NCBI GenBank assembly: GCA_012295275.1
Contig: CM022677.1
Location: forward strand, 4,588,001-4,652,000
From: Chrysomallon squamiferum
Lineage: Eukaryota > Animalia > Mollusca
Length of the DNA: 64,000 nucleotides
Reading direction: 5' to 3'
In this document: in pieces, positions 14,964-26,461 of the stretch
Numbering within the stretch: position 1 is the stretch's first letter
How the letters are laid out: each line of letters starts with the position of its first letter
Made by a program: the position numbers and the translations under genes
The notes under the pieces: generated by a model
Seen by the model: the letters and a program-made list of their open reading frames with translations, nothing else
Told to the model about the DNA's origin: nothing
The model's database searches: none

Positions 14964-15958
14964 AACTGTTATTATTATTGGTATTGTTGATATCACAGTC
15001 AAAAACATCAAAGAGGAAAAGACAGCTATCTAGATACACATAGTTTTAGAATTCTAAAATTAATCCTTATTCGCTGCTGTTTCGATGTTTATGACAACTG
15101 CTCGAGTTTAACTCAGGAATGGTGACTGAAAAAGTGAGCAGTTTCCTATTACCAGAACATTTATCAAGAAAGGTTTCAATTTTATATATATATATATATA
15201 AATAAGGGACATATTAAGATTTAGTGTTTCTTTTCAATATTTAAGGAAAAAGACTGAGTTTATGTCAAAAACAGCAACTCTGATATGAACTTAAAATAAG
15301 CATTTTTAAAAATGACCACCGAAATGTCAAAGTTCTAACAACATAGCGTTTACATTTCATATTTAGACTTTATATATATATATTACTGTACAGTTTATAT
15401 TAAAAAAAAGTAAATAATAAAAATATATATATTATTATTATTATTTGTTTTGTTTGTTTTTTAAGTACGGGAAATTTTTCTGAGGAAAGCATACAACAGT
15501 ATAAAGATAATCAGTTAGAAATAAATAATGAAGACAAATCTGAATTTCTTATTTAATAGACGCTCACCTAACAAATAAATGAATATTTTACTTCTCTCCA
15601 AGTTTTACAAAAGACAGTGATTTAACGTTAATAGTAATGAAATACAAATAAATACTAAAACATTATTTGAAATTAAATTCTTTATTCTTGATTATATATA
15701 CATATACATATAAACCCATAGGAAGGAAAACGATCAATCTTTTTATTATATATCAGTAAATGATCCAGTCCCATAATGCACTGCTGCTGTTCACAAAGAG
15801 CTGATTGTCATGTCGAGGAATTATTTAGTGGAAGTCATCACAAGGTTTATTAAACGTCTGTATGTTAAGTACTAAATTAATAATCAATCACAAAATTTCA
15901 AGAATATAAATCAAAATATACATTCTGACAAACTGAGATCCACACACATTTCTGTAAA

Positions 15959-16519
15959 CTAACACAGAATGCATTTACAACACTTTATACATTTTTTCTT
16001 CGCTTTTTTGTCTTTATATTTTCTGATTTCTCGAACTAAAGTGCAGAAGGCGTCGTCTACGCCCAGCCTCGTTCTGGCTGACGTTTCGACGTAGGGGACA
16101 CCGTAGCTCTCTGCCATCTGGTTTGCTTGCTCTACGTTCACTGCACGTGCAGGCAAGTCAACCTTGTTTCCCACCAGAACGATCGGCACTTGATGAGCAC
16201 CTGCAATTGTTTTGATCCTTTCCATGTAGTAACTAACATCCTCAAAGGATCTCACGTTGTTCACAGCAAACACACAGAGAAAACCTTCGCCTGTTCTCAT
16301 GCACAGGTCTCTTATTGCACCGAACCGCTTTTCACCAGCTGTGTCCACTAGATCTAGAAGATATGCTTCCTCGTCTATGAAAACCTGTTTTCTGCACGAA
16401 TCCTCAATTGTAGGATCATACTCTTTAATAAAGTAGCTTTGAAGGAATTGAATGGTCACGGCAGTTTTACCGACACCAGCAGCTCCAACAACAACCAGCC
16501 TCAAACAACATTCAGCCAT
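15959..16519 (-). CDS. Intronless classical Ras-family GTPase (K/H/N-Ras-like), probable retrogene, 186 aa
   Basis: Uninterrupted ORF colinear with KRAS: G1 GAAGVGKT, effector loop YDPTIEDS, G3 [18 protein letters not shown]4 NKVD, G5 [13 protein letters not shown], polybasic tail and CaaX (CILC). Confidence 0.95.
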   Translation of the reverse strand: MAECCLRLVVVGAAGVGKTAVTIQFLQSYFIKEYDPTIEDSCRKQVFIDEEAYLLDLVDTAGEKRFGAIRDLCMRTGEGFLCVFAVNNVRSFEDVSYYMERIKTIAGAHQVPIVLVGNKVDLPARAVNVEQANQMAESYGVPYVETSARTRLGVDDAFCTLVREIRKYKDKKAKKKCIKCCKCILC

Positions 16520-16589
16520 TTCACCTCAGTTTTTGTAGTCATGTAACCACTAAAATAAACTATTGCTATTTGTTTTCTTCTCTTATTTG

Positions 16590-16739
16590 TGCACTGTTTA
16601 AAATGAAATTGACATCGGTAGCAAGTACCGTGACCCAGTTTTCAAACTGTCGTCTGAGCGCTGCCATGAAAACCGATTTCGGCTGTGCTCGGATGAGCTC
16701 GGCTCGTCTCGGCGAACGAGAGAAAAGGGAATGACGTTG
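16590..16739 (+). other. CpG-rich segment upstream of the 18S-like fragment, probably rDNA 5'ETS-derived
   Basis: Lies directly 5' of the 18S-like start; 16590-16675 has a second diverged copy at 59378-59461, near other rDNA fragments. Confidence 0.45.
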
Positions 16740-16795
16740 GGTTGATCCTTCCAGTGGTCCCATGCTTCGGTCGACGATAAACCCGCGTGCATGTC
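16740..16795 (+). pseudogene. Diverged fragment of the 18S rRNA 5' end
   Basis: GGTTGATCCTTCCAGTGGTCCCATGCTTCGGTCGACGATAAACCCGCGTGCATGTC vs conserved GGTTGATCCTGCCAGTAGTCATATGCTTGTCTCAAAGATTAAGCCATGCATGTC; 42 of 56 columns identical in a hand alignment. Confidence 0.7.
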
Positions 16796-16801
16796 CTTTG
16801 T

Positions 16802-16881
<80 letters not shown>

Positions 16882-17068
16882 TCCAATAAATTAGTCAAAG
16901 CTAACTAGAGTCAGCTAAATACTAATTAAATTTGAGTAAAGACATTTCTATAAGAATTAACAATATAAACTACTACTCATTAATATATGGAATTGACTCT
17001 ATATTTCTAATTTAACTTTTTTTATAACCGATGTTGCTAATTAACAGATGACATTTCAATGACAAATT

Positions 17069-17132
<64 letters not shown>

Positions 17133-17245
17133 GAAAGAAACAAATAAAGAAACAAATAAAAGTGAAGAAAATAATTTGTAATAGAATATAAAAATAAATA
17201 TATCAGATTTCTCTTCAGTATAATGGCTATTGAAATTGTAATTAA

Positions 17246-17286
<41 letters not shown>

Positions 17287-17450
17287 TCCAATAAATTAAT
17301 CAAAGCTAACTAGAGTCAGCTAATTACTAATTCAGGCTAATTAATTCGTAAGGTTCCTTTGATTTGGCAGGTGAGCTATAACTGAAATCAATGAAACAGT
17401 ATGTAGCAAACATGTTATATTCTATAAGATGAAGTTCACTGATTCAGAGT

Positions 17451-18120
17451 GTGGTCATCCAAAACTTGGCTTCGAAAACTCTGTGTATGTCCGACAGAAG
17501 GAACTCAGAGGTGGATAGATTTCTTACGAGTGTGAAGGAAGAAGACAACACGTCTGTACAGCTAAACTGTGCTGTGACTGGATGCTTCTTTCATTTGAGG
17601 CAATGCATCTGGCGCCAAATTCAACTCATTAGTCTGGCAGTTCGTTACAATACTGACGAAGAGTTTGATTTACTGATCAGTCAGATAGCTGCAATTGCAT
17701 TCGTTCTACTGGATGAAGTAAGGCAGCTTTTGAAGCACTATCAGATACTGGAGCACTTTGAGGACAACTTCATCTATTGCCAGTAAGGCAGAGCTGGTCG
17801 CAGACATGATTCGCGTTACAATGTTGGCACGTGGAACAAGCATCAGAGGATGGAAAATAATTTGGTGTGGACTAACAACTTCATGGAAGGGTGGCTTCCA
17901 GTCAAATATTGGTCCTACATCTGAATTTCTGGAAGTGTATAGACACTGTAAAGCAGTAATGAACTCGAAATAAACCAGATGATTGGCGGGGAAGAACCTC
18001 AACCACTTCATCGAAAATACCAAGAAGCTTCACTGCGTTTTTTAAGACTGGTCAGACAGCGTGAAAACCGACAAGTCCTGGACTATTTGAGTGGACCACA
18101 ACACGACATCAAAGTGTTTC
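17451..18120 (+). mobile_element. Mutator-like (MULE) transposase pseudogene fragment 1
   Basis: GCFFHLRQCIWRQIQ (CxFH motif), IAAIAFV, LEHFEDNFI, then across frameshifts TNNFMEGW and HLNFWKCI, all typical of the MULE C-terminal half. Confidence 0.85.
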
Positions 18121-18538
18121 AGTAAACTCTTGTAAGACGTGCCTTGGTATACATGGTTACAGTTGAACCTGGACTTCTGATAACTGTAGGCTCTAAGCCA
18201 ATCAGGCGATCGGTATAATAAACTGATTGCACTGCTATTAATCCGGTGTCTGCAATAATAAATACTGTAACATTCTTTTCCTATTTATTATAACTGACAC
18301 AGTTATTACGACATTTTGTTAACATACTGAATAAAACAAACGAATGACGAAGTATGCTGTAATAAATTTAAAAATTCTCCGTTTGTAGTGAAACTGATGT
18401 ATCTTGTCAGTTCTGGACCGAGCATTTCTGAATGTTTGTCAGTAACATAATTAATAACACTTGATCCAAGATGTTTATAAAATGCTTCTGGGGGAATATC
18501 TAAATTTTTCTTCTTTTTTTTCATTTGCTTGTTGACTG

Positions 18539-19835
18539 TTGTCCATAAATATAATTATAGCAGCTGTTGACAATTATATTCAGAACACAACCATCTTCCA
18601 AGTGACCCGAATGTTGTTCGGTTTGTCAGCATACTACGGAAGCGAGAAAGAGAAGAAACAGCACAGCAAATACACAACGATGAGGTTGCAAATCAAGCAC
18701 CAGAAACGTTTCCTTATTTGCCTTGTTTCCCAGTATGAGCAGTGCACAGAGAGACGAGTTCTGGTACCCACCCTACCACAGACTAGACCTGATGTCAGCA
18801 TAGAAGAACCAAGGACAAACACAAATGATGGAAGACGCTACCTTTTATTTAGCGATGGAAATGAAAATAACATGCTTGTGTTTTCAACAGATGAGCAAAT
18901 CGTAGCTCTACAGGCTGCAGAATCCATTTTTATGGACGGAACTTTCTCTTCTTGTCCAGCATTGTTGAACCAATTATATATCATCCACGCGATGGACGGA
19001 ACTTTCTCTTCTTGTCCAGCATTGTTGAACCAATTATATATCATCCACGCGATGGACGGAACTTTCTCTTCTTGTCCAGCATTGTGGACACAATTATATA
19101 TCATCCACGCGATGTACGGAACTTTCTCTTCTTGTCCAGCATTGTGGACACAATTATATATCATCCACGCGATGGACGGAACTTTCTCTTCTTGTCCAGC
19201 ATTGTGGACACAATTATATATCATCCACGCGATGGACGGAACCACTATGTATCCCGTTGTGTTTGCTCTTCTTCCCGACAAACAGAGAATAACATACAGT
19301 AGACTTTTCATTTTATTGAAGAATCGTTAAACCAATTTCTTTCTCCAACTGAAGTTCTGAATTTCCACAAGTTGAGGTGAAAGGTTGCTTTTTTCACTTC
19401 ACACAGGCCATTTGGAGGAACACCCGAGATCTAGGTCTCGCTTTCTGTATAAAGATGAACCAGATGTACAGACATGGATTCGGAGGGCTGCTGGACTACC
19501 ATTTCTGCCAATGGATTCGTGCTTTGAAGCCATGGAAAAGGGACCTGGTGTTCTACAGACGAAGACATTTGATGACTCTGCGGTTTCTACATGGGTAGAC
19601 GATGACGCCAGATTTCCTTTGATTTTGTGCAACCATGAAATGGAAACATTTTGTGGAGACATCAGAACGTGCTAAATTGAGACAGATAAACTTTGGATCT
19701 GCCCCACCACGAAGAAAGAGAGTCTATAAACAGACAGAAAACAGACTCGTGAGACTGAAGGCACAGCTAACACTTAGCCAGAAATCACCCATTGAGTTTT
19801 TTGATGCCGTTGGACATCTGTTACAATTGGAATAA
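18539..19835 (+). mobile_element. Mutator-like (MULE) transposase pseudogene fragment 2
   Basis: MLVFSTDEQ..IFMDGTF (first catalytic Asp), QLYIIHA, YPVVFALLPDKQRITYSRLF, GCFFHFTQAIWR, C-terminal PPRRKRVY..PIEFFDAVGH; stops and frameshifts present. Confidence 0.9.
18932..19242 (+). repeat. 60-bp in-frame tandem repeat x5 inside the MULE transposase
   Basis: Units start at 18932, 18992, 19052, 19112, 19172 (plus 11 bp at 19232) and encode MDGTFSSCPALxxQLYIIHA. Confidence 0.97.
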
Positions 19836-20417
19836 AAATGCGTTCTGTATTTAGCTGTATCAGTCTATTATTTACTTATGTATTATTCAAGGTAAAGGGC
19901 AGGTCATTAGTAATGCGCTCAGTCGTGTTTTGTGTTGTTTTAATGCGTCTGTTTTTGGGAGGACACCGCTGGCATTGCGCTTTGGGTCATTGCGACATAC
20001 AAGGAATGGACTACGAAGGGGATATCTACATTTAATTACATACAGACAAATCAAGCTCAGTCTCCACGTTAATCCAACACACGAATAATAATATAGACTC
20101 ATGTATGCTATCGACAAACGCCTGTTCAATAATTTTGTGTTCACTGTTACTGGTCATGTTCCATGCTAACACACCTCCCCCGGTATTGCACATTGTTGTT
20201 GTTTTTCTTTCATCACTTTTATCAACTCCTTTCTCTGTGAATTTATTTCGGCGTGGGGCGAGAACTGTGATTTCTTGCTTTACGCTTGCCGACTTGAAAG
20301 CGTCAAACTTCGCTCGAGGATCGTTGTGATCAGAATTGATAGTAGTAACATTTTCTTTCTACATTTTGGAGGTTGCTTCGAGAAATTCGAGGAAAACCTC
20401 TTCCGTCGTATCTGCCG

Positions 20418-20515
20418 TCTCTCTGTCACCTCCCTGTCACCTCTCTGTCACCTCTCTGTCACCTCCCTGTCACCTCTCTGTCACCTCCCTGTCACCTCTC
20501 TGCCACCTCTCTTCA
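20418..20515. repeat. 11-bp minisatellite ctc(t/c)ctgtcac
   Basis: About 8 direct copies. Confidence 0.9.
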
Positions 20516-21179
20516 ACCTCTCACTGACACCTCTTTCTGTGTGTGTGTGCGCGCGTGTGTGTGTGTGTGTGTTATTGAAATAAAGTTAGTACATCTTACT
20601 GTGAAAGATTATTACTTAAATAATAAACATATTCGAATCACGGACTTCAGTTTTCCGGATTTCGGGAAATGCGGACTAAATCAGGAACACATCAGAAAAT
20701 TTGAACTTACACCATTTCCCGCTTGTAAGCTTACAGCTAGCTACTGTCAAATCCCACCACACGATCACCACTGTTCTCTCTCCATCTACCTTATATCCAC
20801 GACAGTTTAAATTTTATAATTCCGCTTATAATCATCCGAACCTAGCCTTTGGGTTATTTCACTTGTTATTAAAAACCTTTTTTTTCTTTTTTTCTTCTTT
20901 TTTTTTAAACTTCAAAATATAATTTTATTAAGTTTTATTCTGAATTTAATAAGATTTAAGAACATTATATTCCTGAAATGAAGGAAGTTTTTTCAAAAGG
21001 TAAATAAAATAAAATGAAAAAAATAAAAAATGAAAGAAAGACAAAGACACAAAAATATAATAGTACTTGTATTTTTATATTTATTAAACCAAACAAGTAT
21101 AAATAGACTGATTTGTATTTATGTGCATAATAATTATATTAATATATAAACATGAATATATGCAGTGAAATGTTTCATC

Positions 21180-21225
<46 letters not shown>

Positions 21226-21488
21226 TAAATAAATAAATAAATAAAAAATAAATAAATAAATATAAAACTATGCAGTGAAAGTTTTCAAATCTGGCAAAAC
21301 TTGAATTCTATAAAAATCGAAAAATTCATACATTAGTTTAAAATGTAAAATTGAAGCACCTAGCCAAACTTGTATAACACTGTCTAGATCAGTTAGCAGT
21401 CTATACAGGAATTAACAATACAAGCTACTACTCATTAATATACGGAATTGACTCTATATTTCTAATTTAACTTTTTTTATAACCGATA

Positions 21489-21578
<90 letters not shown>

Positions 21579-22356
21579 GTAAATAAAAGTGAAGAAAATA
21601 ATTTGTAATAGAATATAAAAATAAATATATCAGATTTCTCTTCAGTATAATGGCTATTGAAACTGCAATTAATATTATTATTGTTATTTTTAAAAATGTA
21701 TTTTTTATTTAGAACTTAACAATTTATTAAACTGTTTATGTGTTACAAAAATTGTAACCACAATATATATACATATATATATATATGTGTATATTTCATT
21801 ATTTCTTCAATTAAAGTAAGTACTGCGATGTCGTGGTACCCCAGGATAATAATTAAAAGAAACAACAACACAAAACCAAATAGAAATAAAAATAAAAATA
21901 ATAAAATGAATAAGCAGTCATCAGTGAAAAAGAATGGACAGATATAATCAATATATATATATATGTGTGTATTTTTTTTAAAGCATCCTGTCCTTTTTTA
22001 TTTATTTGTTTATTTTGCTAAGCAGTGTTTAAAAATGTATATTTCTTATTTATCCAAATTTATCATTAACTGTTGATATTTTCAGTGTTTAAACATTTTA
22101 AATTAACTAAAATTATATATACAATTTTACAGCTATTTTTATTTCTCTTCCATGCACTGTTACAGTATAAGCTGGTCCCTGATCAATGGCTGATGCAGTG
22201 ACATCAACATCCACATCCGCGACAAGTTGGCAGAGGGTGACCTCGTCGTGTAAAAGAAATCCATGTACAGCAGTGTTTATACCTATCCAGGCTGTGAACA
22301 GTTTATTATTATTATTTGTTTTTATTATTATTATTTGTTTTTATTAATATTATTTG

Positions 22357-22424
<68 letters not shown>

Positions 22425-23269
22425 TTTATTTTTATTATTTAAGTATTACAACCATTGTTTGTTCTTGTTTTTTGTTTTTTTCATTATTATTTTGATTGTT
22501 ATTTCCTTTATATAATTTATTTATTTATTCGTTTATTTACTTATTTATTGTTTGTTTGCTTTACTGTTTTATTTAATTATTTATTAAATTTTGTATTAAT
22601 ATGCTGTTGTTTTAATCAGTAATATTGATAAGCAAACTTAGCTAGTAATAAATTATCACAGAAAATGTTTTTTTTTAATTTGATCTTTTAATTTTGTAAA
22701 ACTCATTTTAAACCTGGAAAACAAACTCATTAAACTCACAATGGCTAGAATATTTTTCAAATTCTGTCATCCTACAATTGATAATTACATTTTACTCAAT
22801 ACTCTCACTTGCTATATCAAACTATATATCTGATCATAGAAATGTATAGGATACGTTTTTGTTACCCTTAAACCTATTTTTGTTTTAGTAATTTTTGGGT
22901 CTAATAGTGTCACATGGCACAGCTTTACCTGTCTAATGGTTTATCGCACATTGGATATGTGCAGTTCCCACTTCCCTCAGTAGTCATAGATATAAAAACA
23001 TGGGTAATAGAAATATGAATGTAGATAGATTGATAAACAAACAGATTTATCAAATGATTTATAGGAACAGATTGATTGACTGGATTGAACAAATAGATGG
23101 ATCACACTATGAATGGCTGGATTTAGGAAATCTCGGAATTATTATTATTTTTTTTTTTTTTTACAAAACCACGAATATTTAAATAAATGATTTAACTGAA
23201 TATTATTTTCCACTAGTCTGTTCACACTATTTTTGTATATATAAAATAAAACATGTTTGTTTGTGTTAT

Positions 23270-24335
23270 TTCAGGGTGGTTTGTACATTCTGGAATTGTC
23301 TGGACACCTACCTATTCAAAGTAGCCAATCCTGTATCTTATAGAAACTATCACAGTCATTTGTCTGTGTGGAGTCTGCAACAACACCTCCATCATGACAG
23401 AAAGCTCAGACAGCCTCGCTGTCACGTGGAAAACATACATGCCAGTGTTTTTAATAGTAAGTTTCCATTTGACATCACTGTAATGGAAAAAATTATGTCT
23501 TCTTACGATCATTGGGAATTGTGCGCAGCAGATCATGCAGTGTCCTGTTGAATCTCTCACACTGACCCTTTCCTTCAGGGTGATATAGAGTGGTTCTGCT
23601 CTTTTTAACTTGATGAAGAGTACAAACACTACTTACTACCTCAGATTCAAAGTTTCTGCCTTGATCAGAGTGTAATCATTCTGGCGCTCCATGTCACTGA
23701 AACCACTCTGACATTAGTAACTTTGCTGTGCTTACAGCTTTCTGGTCTGTCAACGGAACCAAACAGTGAACTTGGTAAAAGCATCAGTCATAACTAAGAC
23801 ATTTTCTTTGCCACTTGAACATGGCTCTGACACTGAAATCCATGGCTAAAATCTCTAGAGGTATGGTGATAGCAATAAGATGGCCCAAAGGTAGTTTCAG
23901 TTTGAGTTGTGGCAGTTTAGCCACTGCACACTTTCACTCTGTTTACACCACTGTTCCACATCTTTGTGCATTGCAGGCCAGTAATATCTTCTTCTAATAA
24001 GGCTCAAGCTTCTTTCAAAACGTTGGTGTCTTGTCTGATTGTTTAAACTATGCAGAACTGTATCCTTCATTATTCCTGGTATACAATAAAGGGTTAACTG
24101 AAATCAGCATACCCTAAGATTGGAGCTGAAGTTAACTTCTCTTTTAAAGTATCAAAAGCTAATTTGACAACTCTCATCCCAAGCATCCTTTAACAATGTT
24201 TGATTTTTCTTAGCTCTGAGCCTGTTCACCAACGAATGCAAAGGTCCAGCAATAACTTAGACTCCTTTAATATATATCACCTGTAGTAACTGGCAAACCC
24301 CAAACTGACATCAGGTCCTTTGTGTGTCATCTAGT
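23270..24335 (-). mobile_element. Ty3/Gypsy LTR-retrotransposon pol remnant (RT-connection plus integrase), degenerate and internally deleted
   Basis: Minus-strand translation gives GFASYYR, AFDTLKEKLTSAPILGYADFS, then RRRYYWPAMHKDVEQWC, PLEILAMDF, LVMTDAFTKF, LHSDQGRNFES, TTLYHPEGKGQCERFNRTLHDLLRT. Confidence 0.9.
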
Positions 24336-26430
24336 TTGTTTACAAAAATATGTAAGTTAGGTTCTCTTTTCTGCTTTCTTTAGCATCATGTCCTAAAGTC
24401 TGAAAGTAAGTAAGTTTTTTTATTTTTTTAAATTTTATTATTATTATTTTTTTTAATTGTGTATTATAATATTTACTAGTTTAATAAGTTGGTCATCCAA
24501 ATAATCATATGTCGGTTATTTAATCAACTAATTAATTAATTTTTATTTAATTATTTTGTAGTGGTTTATTTGCTTTTTGTTTTGTTTGTTATTGTGTTTG
24601 CTATTTGTTTATTTATTTATTTATTTATTCATTGTTATGTGCTTGTTTTGTATTAAGTAATTTTTTTGAATTTATTAAATGAAATGTTTGTGTCTGTTTA
24701 TTTGTTTGAGTCAAAGTTTATATTTTGTGTGGTTGTGTTGTATTAAGTTATGTTTTTGAATTTATTTATTAGATGTTATTTATTCCAAAGACTGAGGAAT
24801 ATTTTTATTACCAAATGCTCACAAATGAAATTTTTTTTTTCTGAATCTAGATTTGATGTTCTAACGTTGACATTGATGTTCATTTTTCCACTTATTTATT
24901 AATTTGTTTGTTTCTTATTTACTTATCTCAGTATCTCAATTTTCCTCCTAACTAAAACAGTTTTTTAATTACTTACAAAATAATAATAACAAAATAAAAA
25001 TAAATAAAAACAAAACAAAAACAAAAACAAAAAACAGAAGAAGAAGAAGAAAAACAAAATAAAAACATCCAGGATTCGTGCAACAGATTAGAAATAAAAA
25101 AGATTTACATATGAAATAAATTTTACTGATCAGTCATTAGTGAATTGAGGTGTTCCTTTTTACATAATTATTTATAAAATAAAAAAAGAAAGTAAGGAAG
25201 AAGAAGAAGAAATAAAAACACCCAGGTATGATGTAGTGGATTAAAAAAAAGAAGAAAAAAAAGAAGAAGATTTATGAATGAAATACATTTTACTGATAAT
25301 TCATTCCTGAACTGGTGTCATCCTTTTCACAACTTTTGTCAACGTAGGCTGCAGTTTTGTGTTTTGAACATAACTGGGGTTTTTGGGGGGTTTTGTTTTT
25401 TGTTTTTTTTTAACTTATGATTTCTGAGTTAAAGTGCATTTTGCACCTGTGCAGTCACACAGAAGTATAGCAAATCAAGGTAATATTTTTCAAGATAAAA
25501 ATCATTTGTTCTGATAATCATCATTATGAAAAGTGATTTTCATCATCCCACAATTTAATGATTTTATTTCTGGTGGCAAACGTTTCAAACTGTCGTCCTT
25601 CCCTTGTTCTAATTTCATTTACATTTAAACATATACAATGCTTTTTAAAGTTTTCTGCATTTCATTTGGCAACGTAAAGAGTTATAAACTAATGAAGAAG
25701 TTTAAATGACTTTTACTTCAAAATAAAAATCAAGACAAAATCGACTGAATGCTTCATGCAAGCAAGATATTGATATGAACATCTCGTTATTTTCGACACA
25801 ATTTTTGGAAGAGTATATTTAAATGAAAAACGTCTGCTACCTGTTTATCTTGAATGTCGTGTTGAATTGGACTCAGTTTGTTTTGTTAAACATTAATGTG
25901 CAGTTTCACATGCATGCACTCACTTTACACGCACAGAAACGCAAACACACACACACGAACACGCACACACACACAGAGATTACTACTAATAATAATAAGA
26001 AGAAGAACGAATAGATTCTCTTCAAGGTCATCGAGAAACGTGTTTGTTGTCTCCCTCTCTCCCTTTCTCCATCATTGTTTTTTTCGAACGAAGTACTTCA
26101 GTTTATTCTTTCAATCCATGCAAAAATAAATAGCTTACCAAATAAATAAATAAATAAAATAAAATAAAATAAAATAAAATAAAATGAAATCGAGTGAAGA
26201 TATAAAATGTATTACGTATTTCATTGAAGAGTTTCACTGGGCGCGTCAAATATGATAGAAACAAAGTTATATTTTGTTAGCGACAAGTCAGACTCAGCAC
26301 TTAGTTTTGACATTTAGTATTTTGTGTTACAAAGAATAACTTCCTGTCTCGAGTTCAAATCTAGGTCAAATCTAGTCTGAAGATTAGAAATTCATTAATA
26401 ACAACTAATAAATCAATCAATAAATCAATA

Positions 26431-26461
<31 letters not shown>

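Larger units (their letters stand above)
16878..21673. repeat. ~406-bp tandem duplication (X-Y-X...Y) whose second unit is split by a ~4-kb MULE-containing insert
   Basis: X (ttccaataaatta.tcaaagctaactagagtcagctaa) at ~16878 and ~17284; Y (gaattaacaata...ggctattgaaa) at 16954-17245 and 21409-21673. Confidence 0.8.

Noticed and set aside
15600-15958. Poly(A) remnant or target-site duplication for the Ras retrocopy
   Set aside because: Several minus-strand AATAAA signals exist, but no clear poly(A) tract or TSD is identifiable in this AT-rich flank.
16566-16792. Two 64-65 aa minus-strand ORFs upstream of Ras
   Set aside because: They overlap GC-rich rDNA-like sequence where stops are rare, and they show no recognisable motif.
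18838-19311. Antisense and alternative-frame ORFs with 20-aa repeats
   Set aside because: By-products of the 60-bp repeat in the MULE frame.
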